Source: Octopus bimaculoides (Eukaryota). Taken from it: a stretch of DNA of 42,632 nt. Positions 20,556 to 33,837 of this stretch are shown in pieces; within the stretch, counting starts at the first letter, position 1, and each line of letters begins with the position of its first letter. The DNA lies in the NCBI RefSeq assembly GCF_001194135.2, contig NC_068984.1:81115032-81157663 (forward strand), written 5' to 3'. The notes beneath the pieces were generated by a model. That model was not told the origin of the DNA and did no database searches. It was given only the letters and a program-made list of their open reading frames with translations. The translations under genes were made by a program, and so were the position numbers.

Positions 20556-22495
20556 GTGTGTGTGTGTGTGTGTACGTTTCCGTGTATTAAGAAAAGAATG
20601 ACAGTTGTCAAAAGTGTCACAAAGTGGGGTCTTACCTGGAATCACTTGTTTGCGAAGTGAACTTCAAAAAGACGCAGCCGTGCTTGTTTTGCACACATAC
20701 CTTTAGAAAAAGCACTCAAATTCCCTTCAGTTACCTACCGTCTAAGATAATGTTGCCCAGGGTTCCCTACGCAATTTCTTTTTNNNNNNNNNNGTGAATC
20801 TGGAGAAAACAGCATTATCCATTATCCTTGTGCGTCTTTCAAGAATTTGATACTGAAATGTTGTTTCAATTGTTACAGGTACTTGCATGAAAGCCTAGGC
20901 AGAAAGAGAACTCCAGACGTCAATAAACCGATGATCTGTGGAAGAAGGATTTGAGATATGGGTTAGTGCGGGTTGGTATTTCGAGTGGGCACCACAAAGA
21001 TAAAGGCAGGTGAAGAGATGTGGTGTCTTTGTGAAGAAGATACGAAACTAGCAAGCAATGGGTAACAGAAGTCATTACAATAACAAGAGAAATGACTGAG
21101 AGAGGGGACAGCACGCCTGTGGGGTACAGCCTGGAGACTCCCTGTAAGTAACTGAATTTACATGGGAAAAAAGACAGAATGCTTTTGGTCATAGCTGGAA
21201 TACCTTTGGTCTGAGGCTATTCGGTAAAAACAACTTTCGTTGTTTTTAACATAATTCTTCATCGCATTAATTTTTACATATTCCATACAATTTGCATTCG
21301 CAAAATACACGATAAACTAGGGTTAACTATTTTCATAATACATCAATTCTTCATTAGGCGGATGTAATGTTTGTATTTTTTAAATTTTTAATTTTTTACT
21401 TTTATTGTATTTATCTATCTATTTATTTATTACCAGTCTTAGCTCAATTGGCGTTGGTGACAGCGAAATGTAATATTTATTTAAATTCAACATCTGGAGT
21501 ATGTACTGTATAACATTTCAAGTTCAATTGTAATATGGTAGTGATGTAATTGAATATTTACTCTATGTGTGTATATATATATGTGTGTGTATATATATAT
21601 GTGTATATATATATATATACATACACACACACACACACACATATATATATANNNNNNNNNNNNNNNNNNNNNNNNNNNNNNNNNNNNNNNNNNNNNNNNN
21701 NNNNNNNNNNNNNNNNNNNNNNNNNNNNNNNNNNNNNNNNNNNNNNNNNNNNNNNNNNNNNNNNNNNNNNNNNNNNNNNNNNNNNNNNNNNNNNNNNNNN
21801 NNNNNNNNNNNNNNNNNNNNNNNNNNNNNNNNNNNNNNNNNNNNNNNNNNNNNNNNNNNNNNNNNNNNNNNNNNNNNNNNNNNNNNNNNNNNNNNNNNNN
21901 NNNNNNNNNNNNNNNNNNNNNNNNNNNNNNNNNNNNNNNNNNNNNNNNNNNNNNNNNNNNNNNNNNNNNNNNNNNNNNNNNNNNNNNNNNNNNNNNNNNN
22001 NNNNNNNNNNNNNNNNNNNNNNNNNNNNNNNNNNNNNNNNNNNNNNNNNNNNNNNNNNNNNNNNNNNNNNNNNNNNNNNNNNNNNNNNNNNNNNNNNNNN
22101 NNNNNNNNNNNNNNNNNNNNNNNNNNNNNNNNNNNNNNNNNNNNNNNNNNNNNNNNNNNNNNNNNNNNNNNNNNNNNNNNNNNNNNNNNNNNNNNNNNNN
22201 NNNNNNNNNNNNNNNNNNNNNNNNNNNNNNNNNNNNNNNNNNNNNNNNNNNNNNNNNNNNNNNNNNNNNNNNNNNNNNNNNNNNNNNNNNNNNNNNNNNN
22301 NNNNNNNNNNNNNNNNNNNNNNNNNNNNNNNNNNNNNNNNNNNNNNNNNNNNNNNNNNNNNNNNNNNNNNNNNNNNNNNNNNNNNNNNNNNNNNNNNNNN
22401 NNNNNNNNNNNNNNNNNNNNNNNNNNNNNNNNNNNNNNNNNNNNNNNNNNNNNNNNNNNNNNNNNNNNNNNNNNNNNNNNNNNNNNNNNNNNNNN

Positions 22496-22527
<32 letters not shown>

Positions 22528-22577
22528 GTATATATATAAATAAATATATATATATATACATATGTGTATGCATATAA

Positions 22578-22617
<40 letters not shown>

Positions 22618-24519
22618 ATATATGTAAATATATGTATATGTATAAAAACATGTATATATATGTGTGTGTGTGTGTGTGATATGTGTGTTTATATAATACA
22701 TACATATATTATGTACACACCTCACATATATACCTATAAATATATATGTGTATATACACAACCATAAACACGCATATATGTATGTATATTCAGATACATA
22801 TACATAAACACACACAACACACACACACACACACACACCATAATCTCATTCAATCTCACAACTTCACTCTTTAACTTTCATATTTACTTTTGTTATTTTT
22901 TTCTCTCGTTTCTTTCTTTTTTTTAACTTTTCTTTTTGGTGAAGAATTTCTTGCTCAGATTCCTTGAATATATTTCCAATCCATTTCTCTGAAAGATTTA
23001 CGGTTCAACTTACCTTTCCTTTCAGTTTTCTCGCTTTCCACCAAAGCTTTCATTAATTGCATCTTTCTTGTCCCTATTAGTTTCACTCANNNNNNNNNNN
23101 NNNNNNNNNNNNNNNNNNNNNNNNNNNNNNNNNNNNNNNNNNNNNNNNNNNNNNNNNNNNNNNNNNNNNNNNNNNNNNNTATATATATATATATATACGT
23201 ATATGTATATGTATATGTATAAGTGTGTGTTTATGTATGCATATACGTATGTCCATACGCACCCCTCATACACACATATATATATTGGTTGTACTTTCAC
23301 TTTCTCCTTCTGTAAAAGTTAAATCTCTGATAGAATTAACCAAATAGTCACATCTCACGTACATTTGAAGTAACGAAGGACTAAGACTACAGATCGTTTC
23401 TTCTGTCTCATATTTCCCGTTATTTTGTGTGTTTTTTCTATTTTCGTTTTTTTTTTTCACATTTTTACGTACATTATTTCGGTTACACCCTTATTCTCTT
23501 AATTTCTTTTGTATTTTTAATTCTTTTTTTAATTTGATTTTTTTTTTTTGTTTTCCCTTCACACGCACCCTTCTGCACTTTTCAATTTTGTTTTCTTTAC
23601 TTGGCTGTCTATAACCCTTTGTTTTTATTTTCCTTTCAACTTGGTGAAAATACTAGAGCCATGTTTCAGACAATAAGTTCGGATTCTTTTAGGTATTGCT
23701 CTCCAACCAACCAACCAACCAAAAGAAGTGAAAAAAATAATAATAATAATAATAAAAATCCAGATGTACTACCACGATGATACAAACACATCTGACACTT
23801 TTAACCGTAATTAACAGCTGAAAATGAAATAAAATAAAATAGAAATTATAAAAGAAATAAAGGAAAAAAGAAAAATCCATATCTTTTTATCTCTTGTGAA
23901 AATCTATCTTAATTCAAACTCAGCATGTCTTTGGGTTTCTCTTTGTAATGATGCCATTAATCACAATTTTCTGACATTTAACAATCTGTTTAGAAAACTG
24001 CCTTTATTGGTAAGGGTTTTGAAAGTTTAGACATTTCATGTCACCGTTTTAAAATTATCTCTTTAATTGGTTGACATTGCCGAAAGTAATGGAATTAGCG
24101 TTAAAACTTTCTTCTAACAAAATATTGCAATTTCTAGAATATAATGAATCAAATTGATTTGTGTTCGATGTTCACGGTGTCTTTAGCAGGGTCTAATCTG
24201 TAACAAGCAATCCAGTCAGGTATCCTAACGTTTTGATGCTTTCTACAAGAAAAAAAAAAACGCAAATCAAGAGGGATTTTTTTTTTCTTTTTCTCTTTCC
24301 TCCGCAAGTCTTGTTTGTACGTCCTGGGAAAAGCCATCAACACTGCTGAAATTCTCTTACTAACTCATGAAAATGTTTTCAAAATTTCCGATGAAAACAA
24401 ATCTTCCCTTTTTAACTGAGCAGATTAGCTTGAAATTTCTAATAAACCAGTCTTTATATTTATATATATGTTTGAAACGGATATCAATTTAATTGGGAAA
24501 ATATCGTATAGTATATTTT

Positions 24520-25690
24520 ATCTTTTATTTGTTGTAGTCATTGGACTGTGGCCATGCTGGAGCACCTCCTTGAGGGGTTTTAGTGGAACAAATCGACCCC
24601 TGTACTTTTTTTATACAGTCTAGTACTTATTCTATCTGTCTGGTTAACCGAGCTGCTAAGTTACGGGGACATAAAACAAGCCGACACCGGTTGTCAAGCG
24701 GTGCAGGGACAGATGCAAACACAAAGATACACGCATACATATACGTGGTCTGATCAATAAGTATCCGGACTGTTCCGATAGTGACGAAGCTAACGCACCG
24801 AGAGTGAAGCCACATGGCACAGATTGACCTTACGCACTAAGTTTAAGCATTCTAGCTTACTTTCACTGTGTACAGCAATGCTGAGAAAGAACATGGGTAA
24901 GGTGTGATAGTCGCATTGACCATGACAGACAAAGTTGAGCAGAGAATCTGCATCAAATTTTACCAAAAGCTTGACAATACTTGTTCAAAGTTTTCAAAAA
25001 GTTTTCAGCGATCTCAACACAATCAAGGAGATTTTGTGCAACTGAAACCCGAGCGTCCTTTTGATCGGGTGAAAGCAGTTTTGGAACAAAATTGGCAGAT
25101 ACGTGTCTCATATCTAAATCTTCAGTGATAATCTGCACATCTGATAACTTACAGATGGTGATTCGACGATTTCCCCTCTCAGATGCACGTATATCTGCGT
25201 TGTTTTTCTTAGTTCTGGTGGTTGCGGTTCTCCCAGAACGATCGTCAATATCGACATTTTTTCGGCCATCTTGTAAACGTCAGAACCATTCGTACACTTG
25301 TGTGCAGCCTATACACTCCTCTCCATACATTTTCTGTAACATTGCGTAGGCCTCTCGGCTGGTATCGCCATGACAACTTTCTCTGTCATGGTCAATACGA
25401 TGATCACAGGCTACACACCTTCCTTTCAAGCACTGCTGTAAAAACGGGAGTTAACTAAAACGTTAAAACTTAGTGCGCGTGCACAGCAGGGTTCAAGGTC
25501 AATCTGTGCCAAGCGGCTTCACTCTGCATGCTTTAACTTCGTTACCATGGCAACAGTCTGGTTACTTATTGATCAGACCTCGTATATACACATGTATATA
25601 CGACGGAGGCGGGGTTATGGTAGAAGTCACTTGTCCAAGGTGTCATGCAGTGAGACCGAATCCGAAATTATGTGGTTGGGAAGCTAACAT
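24520..25690 (-). mobile_element. SINE family A split by the mariner foldback
   Basis: 3' half 24520-24740 and 5' half 25585-25690 flank the insertion, which sits at a TA in the SINE's internal microsatellite. Confidence 0.8.
24744..25582. mobile_element. Mariner derivative made of two left ends
   Basis: TIR CG(T/A)GGTCTGATCAATAAGTA at both ends with TA flanks; both arms carry the 5'UTR and start codon (ATG 24922 on +: MTDKVEQRICIKFYQKL; ATG 25389 on -: MTEKV..GDTSREAYAML...DDRSGR...MRHVSANFVPKLL). Confidence 0.88.
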
Positions 25691-26216
25691 TCTATTCTAA
25701 TTTCTGCACTCTGCTTTTTACTCTTTCGTTTTTCTCTCTTTGTCTCTCTTATTCTTTTACCTTCTCTTCTCCTATTCTATCCTATTCTATCCTATTACTC
25801 TGTCACTCTCTCTTCCTCACTCCTCCTCCTTTGCTCACGTGGCTCCCACGTGATCATCGGCCATCTTTCTTCTCTCCGCTGTAGGTGGAACAAGAAAGAC
25901 GTGTTCTTGTCTGTCCCCGGTCCAAGCTTGATTTACGCGTTCGCCACCTCGTTTAGGCTTAGCAGCCCTTCCTGTTTGTGTTACCAATTTTGACCCTCCG
26001 CAAATTCCCAAATTTTATTTAATTTGCTTTGCGGGAGCAACTCTTTTATCGAAAGCGTATATTGCTGTTAAATGCTCGAAATACGAGAGTAGAAAAACAG
26101 CCAACTGATGAAGGGTCGTTCTTTATGTTGTTTGTCTTGTTTTCCATTTGTGTCTTTCGTTGTTCAAAAAAATAGTTCATATTCCACGTACTCGTACTTT
26201 GTATTTTTGTTGTACA
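25690..26216 (+). mobile_element. Family P copy (runs into an N-gap)
   Basis: Pyrimidine-rich segment homologous to the reverse complement of 13600-14000, then GCTCGAAATACGAGAGTAG...CTGATGAAGGGTCG. Confidence 0.65.
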
Positions 26217-26796
26217 NNNNNNNNNNNNNNNNNNNNNNNNNNNNNNNNNNNNNNNNNNNNNNNNNNNNNNNNNNNNNNNNNNNNNNNNNNNNNNNNNNNN
26301 NNNNNNNNNNNNNNNNNNNNNNNNNNNNNNNNNNNNNNNNNNNNNNNNNNNNNNNNNNNNNNNNNNNNNNNNNNNNNNNNNNNNNNNNNNNNNNNNNNNN
26401 NNNNNNNNNNNNNNNNNNNNNNNNNNNNNNNNNNNNNNNNNNNNNNNNNNNNNNNNNNNNNNNNNNNNNNNNNNNNNNNNNNNNNNNNNNNNNNNNNNNN
26501 NNNNNNNNNNNNNNNNNNNNNNNNNNNNNNNNNNNNNNNNNNNNNNNNNNNNNNNNNNNNNNNNNNNNNNNNNNNNNNNNNNNNNNNNNNNNNNNNNNNN
26601 NNNNNNNNNNNNNNNNNNNNNNNNNNNNNNNNNNNNNNNNNNNNNNNNNNNNNNNNNNNNNNNNNNNNNNNNNNNNNNNNNNNNNNNNNNNNNNNNNNNN
26701 NNNNNNNNNNNNNNNNNNNNNNNNNNNNNNNNNNNNNNNNNNNNNNNNNNNNNNNNNNNNNNNNNNNTGTGTGTGTGTGTGTGTGTGTGTGTATGC

Positions 26797-26827
<31 letters not shown>

Positions 26828-26848
26828 GTATGTATATGTATGTATATA

Positions 26849-26884
<36 letters not shown>

Positions 26885-27245
26885 TGTATGTACGTATATA
26901 TATAATGTAAGAGGGGTAAAATATATATCAATATTTATTATACATGGTGGAAACATTATCTGATATACAACGCAATACTTTCAGTGTTGATTTGAGGCTA
27001 AACAACCACAACTACAACTTTGTTTTCTTGAATCCTATCGGCTTTAGCTCCATATATTTGGGACTAATTCATTTAAGCGTGAATTTTGCAACCCCACCAC
27101 TGCCTAAATTTTTACAAAGTCTTTTTTTTTTTTTAAAGTCGGTCATCCGATTTATCTTAAGCATCAGCGATGTTTACATCAGAATTTTTTAGATTCATTT
27201 TTAAAAAATTAAAACCCGATTAAGATTAGAGGATTTTGACTGCTT

Positions 27246-27336
<91 letters not shown>

Positions 27337-27449
27337 TCTTTATATATATATATATATATATAATATGAGTGTATTAACTAATATAAAAAGTCCTTTTTTT
27401 ACGTATATAAATATATTTCGTTCGCATCTGAAATATATCCGTAAACATA

Positions 27450-27955
27450 CGAGGTTGAGTCAAAAAGTAATGCCATTTTGTTTAGGATAGGTATAATTAC
27501 CAACACAGGAACATGTATCATACATCAAAATGAAGCTGGTCCTCTGTGGATCACATCCCTACTTCTCAACATAGTCATCGTTTCTCTCAATAGCAATGTT
27601 CCGCCTTCGAACGAGAGCATGTATCCCTGCCCCGTAAAATTCTGTTGATTGTTCTTTGAGCCACTTTTTCACAACAATTTTCACTTCCTGGGGTCGAAGA
27701 GATGATAGTCTGACGAGGAAGTGAAAACTGTAGACAAGACGTGGCTCAAAGAACAATCAACAGAATTTTATGGGGCAGGGATATATGCTCTCATTCGAAG
27801 GTGGAACATTTCTATTGAGAGAAACGGTGACTATGTTGAGAAATGGAGATATGATCCACAGAGGACCAGCTTCATTTTGATGTATGATACACGTTCCTGT
27901 GTTGGTAATTATACCTGTCCTAAACAAAATGGCATTACTTTTTGACTCACCTTCG
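27450..27955. mobile_element. Palindromic mariner derivative made of two right ends
   Basis: 240-bp arms (27450-27689, 27716-27955), about 20 mismatches by hand count, 26-bp spacer, TA flanks; both arms encode the mariner C-terminus EVK..K.WLKEQSTEFYGAGI.AL.RR.NI.IERN.DYVEK*. Confidence 0.92.
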
Positions 27956-28029
27956 TATTTTGTTTGCATTTATAACTATATNNNNNNNNNNNNNNNNNNN
28001 NNNNNNNNNNNNNNNNNNNNNNNNNNNNN

Positions 28030-28369
28030 TACAAAGTTAGCAATTTAGAGGAAAGGGTGGTGAGTCAAGGAAAGAATGAATGGCAAAGCTAGCCTCAGCA
28101 AGAATTGAACTTAGATTGTAAAGAGTCGAAAGAAATACAAGGCACTTTATCCGACGCCCTAACGATTCTAATATTGGTTTCAAATATTGGCACAATTTTG
28201 AGGAGGGATAAATCGATTATATAAATCCCTGAGTTCAGCTAGTACTTATTTTATCGACCCCGAAAGGATGAAAGGCAAAGCCGATCTCGACGGAATTTGA
28301 ACTCAGAACATGAAGACGGACGAAATGCCGCTAAGCGTTTTGCCCGGCGTGCTAGCGATTCTAATATTG
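28030..28369 (-). mobile_element. Two adjacent SINE C copies (old plus younger)
   Basis: The younger copy 28177-28362 is flanked by AATATTG (28170-28176, 28363-28369). Confidence 0.75.
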
Positions 28370-29698
28370 ATTTATTTGCCACCGAGTACCCAGTCATTTG
28401 TATTATAGATTAAGGCAGACATAGTTACGTTACAAACGTGTGCAGATGGAACAAGGTTTTGTAAAAACTAAAGGAGGGGTAAGAACACAATACAATGTAT
28501 ATATTTAAAATTGGGTATAAAGTAAACACGTAATAAATATAAATGATTGTATGAAAAACAGTAATTAAAGCAAGACAATTTTAACATGAAACAAATTCTG
28601 GCTCACCCTGGTGAGAACCCAGTAGCTATGTTGGCTCAGAGAGCCCCCCCCCCCCCAACATTAGTGACCTACTAGTCTTCAAACAAGTACACCTGAAGTT
28701 GCCCGTGAGCATCTTTGATGTCGAGTTGGAGACGTTCTCTAAGAAATTACGCACTGGATAATCATCAACTACTTGGGTGGCTTTCACAGAGCAGTTTATT
28801 ATTCAACTGTTCCACGAAATCGAACCCAATCCTTTAATATTCTCTTAAATTTCCTTTAGATTATTCTGTAACTCTAACCGTTCATGATTTATTTGTGCGA
28901 GTGTATGCAAAGAACTATGAATTTCGTGCAGTTCTAAGGACAATGGTGAAGGGGAGATTTGCTTCTCATCATACATTTTGCTTGTCGTCTCTTAAGGTTC
29001 TTGTTTGCTGAGTTCATTTTGTATTGCTTGCTTTCTCCTGCTATCTCCAGTAATCTTACTCTCCTTGTTATTTCATCGTTTTCTCATTGTTGTAAGACGA
29101 AATGGAGACGCTGCGAGTAATAATTAGCATAGAGATGGCTGTCTCTTTGCTTTATGCTCAGCTCTTGTGACTGAAAGAAAAGCATTTTCGGAGTTGTAAC
29201 TGTCGTTGCTAAGAAAACAGAAACCTCCAGGACTTACTGCTGCTACTATTGGTGGTGTTGATAGTTGTGTTGCTGGCTGTGTTGCTGTCTTTAGCATGGC
29301 TTTTCTAGTTCCTAGAGAAGAAAACTTTCATATGAATCTTACTGCCGTGAGAGTAACAGAAGGGCTTTTTGACCTGCGCTATAAGTTTCATGACTTTTCT
29401 TTTTGAACCAATGATAGAGCACGTTCCAGAATTACTCTATGGTCTTTGAGGGTTATTATATACAATATAGGGACCACCCGAGCACTAGCGCATTTTTGGA
29501 GTTACTTTTGTGCATACCACCTGTTCGTATCATGCTACAAAAGTAACAACGAGCTGAAGGTCAATATCGCGGTCAATGTCTTTTTTTACAAATTTTTGTT
29601 GTGCCGCATTAAGTATTGTGGAATAAGGTTTGTGCAGGTGTGTAACGCACTATCTCAGCCTGTCTTTTTCCTTTCATTTTCAGTATTATGCATATGAA

Positions 29699-29912
29699 TA
29701 AGGCAGAATCGTTAGCTGACAGAGTGAGGTAAAATACTCAGTGGCATTTCGTCTTTACGTTCCGTGTTCAAATTCTGCCGAAGGTGACTTTGCCTTTCAT
29801 CCCTTGGAGGTCGATAAAATAAGTACCAGTCGCGTTTCTGGGGTCGATGTAATCGACTTATCTTCTTCCCCGAAAATCTTGGCCGTATGCCAAAATTTGA
29901 AACCAATATTAT
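29699..29912 (+). mobile_element. SINE family C
   Basis: GGCAGAATCGTTAGC...GCCTTTCATCCCTTGGAGGTCGATAAAATAAGTACCAG. Confidence 0.85.
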
Positions 29913-30254
29913 GCATATGAATTTTGGCGACATTATTCCATACATAGTCAGAGCCGTACTTAATAGTTTGAGAACATGAGACATTGTTATTTTCTTTCTT
30001 CTCCTTTTTGTTCGGTAAAGGACTGAGGCATAGATTTAACTCCCCTTGTCGCACAACATTATGAGAGTAGACTTTTCTGCTCCTATAAATAATTCATATT
30101 TAGAGCCTGTCAGTTTTTTTGTTTTTTTTTAACTCTTATGAAAGAAGGAAGACTGGGAATGCTTTCTGTTTTTCATTCCGAACTTACCATTCATTCTTTT
30201 GCTTGGCGAATCGCGCGAGCGTGTAACAGCCACTACCTCTCAATGTTAATTCTT

Positions 30255-30460
30255 TTCTACTCTAGGCACAAGGCCCAAAATTTTGGAGGAGGGGGCTAGT
30301 CGATTAGATCGACCCCAGTACGCAACTGGTACTTAATTTATCGACCCTGAAAAGCAAAGTCGACCTCGGCGGAATTTGAACTCAGAACGTAAAGAAAGAC
30401 GAAACACCGCTAAGCATTTCGCCCGGTATGCTAACGTTTCTACCAGCTTGTTGCCTTCCC
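30255..30460 (-). mobile_element. SINE family C
   Basis: Diagnostic block; near full length. Confidence 0.88.
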
Positions 30461-31162
30461 CTCAATGTTAATTAAGCAATATATTATAATAGTATAATCA
30501 TTCTGAAGTGAAATTTTTACATAAATTGCTTTGCACCTTACATCAGATAATTATCACTTCTCTCTGTTCTCACTGCTTAACATTTGCCTCCCTTTCTTCC
30601 AGTCCTTTTCCCGCTTTTCTCTCTCTCTCTCTCTTACTGTCTTTCTTTCTCTTTCTTTCTCCCACCCTCCCTGTGGAGATCTTTATTTCAATCTTCATCA
30701 CTCTTTCCTTCTCCGTCTCTTTCTCTTCATCTCTCTCGCTCTCCTTCTTATTCACACTCTCTACATCTTAAGAAGTAATAACATTCAATCACCCCCTCTC
30801 TCTTTCCCTCACCCCCTCCTTAAGATTCTTATCATTAAAGCATTTTGTTTTGGCCTCTTTAATTGTCCAGCTTACACTCTTTCTTTCATCAAATTAACTT
30901 CCTCCTTCCGTTCAAACAGACCTCCAATGCACGTACACATTTCCCTCTCAACCCACTCACTAACAATTACTGCGATGTAAGTCGTTGAGACTTATGAACA
31001 CATTGGAAGTTGTGTAAAACGAAAGTGTGAAGTTAGAGGTGGGAAACAAACAATTAGTCTTACTGCACTAAGTACTTTAAGAAAGGGGGCCTCAGCGTAG
31101 TATCTCGATTGCGTGAAATAGCAACCAAATCTCATAGAATTGGATTCCAGGGGGTAAAGATA

Positions 31163-31330
31163 TTCTTTTCTACTATAGGCACAAGGCCCGAAATTTTGGG
31201 GGAGGGGGCCAGTCGATTTGATCGAACCCAGTACGTAACTGGTGTTTAATTTATCGAACCCCAAAGGATGAAAGGCGAAGTCGACCTCGGCGGAATTTGA
31301 ACTCAGAACGTAAAGACAGACGAAATACTA
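31163..31330 (-). mobile_element. SINE family C, head missing where the LINE 3' end abuts
   Basis: Ends at GACGAAATACTA, directly followed by the LINE terminus. Confidence 0.85.
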
Positions 31331-32965
31331 ATTTCTTTATTACCCACAAGGAGCTATACAAAGAATGGGACAAAACAACTGATTGGGGTCAGTAACACGT
31401 TATGATATTACATAAATATGAAAATAAAATTATATAAAATATATAAGAATCGAATGAAATACACAATACAAATATGACACAAATGTAGCGATGATGAGGC
31501 CACGCTCCGACCCCATAAGCCCCTATCTATCGCTGGTATTTCTTTCATCTCTTGTTTTTCTTCTATAGCCTATTCACATAATTCCTTGCACGCACAACAC
31601 TCGTGCAACATGCTTCCATCTTTTTTTGAACACAATTTCCGACAGGCATCGCTTCTCCAGCCACACCTTCCTTTTCAAGTAAAAAGTGAAAAACGATCTT
31701 AACTCGTGGCCGGAGATAAAGTTACCGGTCTTAACTCCTTTTATCCTAGTCTTCCATACTGCTTCTTTCGCTATTGCAACAACAGTGAGAAAACAATTCT
31801 TACCTTCATTTGTTAAAAATTCCGGTGGTTCAATTTTTATAATTGACCCAATCGACAGCTGTACTCTTCCTTCGCCGGACAACAGGTGTTCAGCATAAAC
31901 CCACATTTCAGATATCTCCGAACACTAGACAATAGCGTGAGGGACGGTTTCCCTACCCCGCATCTTGGGCTTGTCGGACAGTGAGACTTTCCATGTCTTG
32001 TAAGTTTATCCCAAGCGGTCAAGGTACCCCTGTAACATTGTCAGGTCAAGGACTTTTGGAAATTGTCCAACGTTCTCAACCCGAATGTACGGTGGATCAG
32101 GCTGTCAAGTTGAATATACCCGAGACCTAGAATCGCCCCCAGGCCATCGTCACATTCAGACTCTACCAACCCGCTATATAAAAAATGTGTAGAACCCTCA
32201 CCACTGGCGTTGCCCGAGCGCCGGAATAGCAAGAGTGCCTTACGACACTCCATATGCCACATACTCGACCTCGGTCTACGAGAACACCAGGCTTCCTGTT
32301 CGCAAAAACTTTTGAACTCGGGGAACATTTGACTGGCTAGCGGTGACCACACCCGTTCACCATCCAGGAGAATCCAGAGATGCGTCAACCTCAACGCATG
32401 CCTACGCATCATTAACCAAGGCATCCCTAAACCTCCCTTTAACAGCTTCTGACAACAGATAGAGCGTTTCACAAGTGGCGACTTTCCCTTCCACAAAAAG
32501 CGAAAGAGCTGTCTCTCCGACATGATCAACCACGAATCCGGACAAGGCACAACGGTTAGGCGGTAGGTAATGACCGATGCGATAAATACATTGGCCACCT
32601 CCGCCCTCCCTTTCAGGGATAGCCACCGCCAAGACCAGGTCTTGTCTACTGCAGCCACTCTGCTCAATACCTCCGTCCAGTTCTTCTCTATCTGGAAGCC
32701 TGGTCCAAACCAAACTCCCAGCAACTTAACCGGTTCCTCCGTCCAGCGCCCAACAGCGCTGTCTGAAGGCATTGACTTGCCAACCCAGGTGCCGAGCTGC
32801 AGGCCGACCGACTTTTCCCAGTTGATCTTTGCTCCTGTCACCGTCTCGTAAACCTCAATAGCCTTATCCACTTCACGTAGGCGTGCTACTGTGGTAATGC
32901 TGATGGTGATATCGTCCGCGTAAGCCGAAACAAACTCCTCTAAACCTGGTTCTCTCGGGATGTCA
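31331..32965 (-). mobile_element. 5'-truncated Tx1/L1-clade LINE
   Basis: RT YADD motif, GAKIN..KS and LLGVWF motifs, LSLKGRAEVAN, GGLGMP, degenerate CCHC knuckle (SPRC..ETVPHAIV*C), C-terminal LKRKV..EK..RW; 3'UTR with AATAAA at 31341-31336. Confidence 0.92.
31574..32965 (-). pseudogene. Tx1-type ORF2 remnant (RT domains 5-7, thumb, zinc knuckle, C-terminus)
   Basis: ORFs 32041..33054 (homology starts near 32965), 31837..32022 and 31574..31906 join via one TGA and a frameshift. Confidence 0.9.
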
Positions 32966-33715
32966 CTCAACGGGGAGAGGGACGGATGGAAATTCAGAAT
33001 GAAAGGTGAAGAAAATAAAGCGTGTAAAAAAATTGGAGGAGCAGAGAGAAACATGGCTGAACGTGGGAGGAGAGGGAAAGAGTGGTGGAAGGCAGAGGGA
33101 CAGAAGAAACACAGAGGAAAGTGTTAGGGAGGGAAATAGAGAAAGAGAGGGAGAGGAAGGCAAAAAAGACAGAAATAGACGTCGCGCAAAAACTATTCTA
33201 CTGAATATTCTACAGAATGAGTAAAAAATAATATGAAAGTACGTGGCGTTACCTTAAATAATGTTTCAAAAATTTAACAGAAACACAACAAACGTAAAAT
33301 TCACATACAAGTCGTAGCTAATCCCAAATCAGTCATTGTCCATAAGACTATAACAATTTCGCGCCTACAACGATGATATTGTTCACTTTTGGTGGCGCAC
33401 GCATACGTACATGTATGATCTATTGGTCGGTCTCTCCCAACAACTCATACATACGCTTTTCAGATACAGAACATTGATAAACTTAGCTGTATAAGAACAA
33501 CTTTGATAATTTCAGTTGTTTGTTTATTGTTTTTCCTTCGTATTTTATTTATTGTTTTATGTTTTTTTTTTCTTCAAATCAATTGTTTGTTGTGACACAA
33601 GAAATGTCTAGCATATCCATTTTTCATTAAATATTGTATCAAAATCTGACATTCCAACAATGTAAGAAGCAGAAAGGAAGAGATTGAGAGAGAGAGAGAG
33701 AGAGAAGAAAGTAGT

Positions 33716-33798
33716 ATTTATTGTCATCATCGTGGTCATCATCGCCATTGTTGTCGTCATCGTTATTGTCATCATCAACCTCATCATCATCATCGTCG

Positions 33799-33837
<39 letters not shown>

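Noticed and set aside
20636-20700. 65-nt minus-strand exon candidate (VCVQNKHGCVFLKFTSQTSDS) with CAG/GTAAG donor
   Set aside because: Weak acceptor, no partner exons and no recognised homology.
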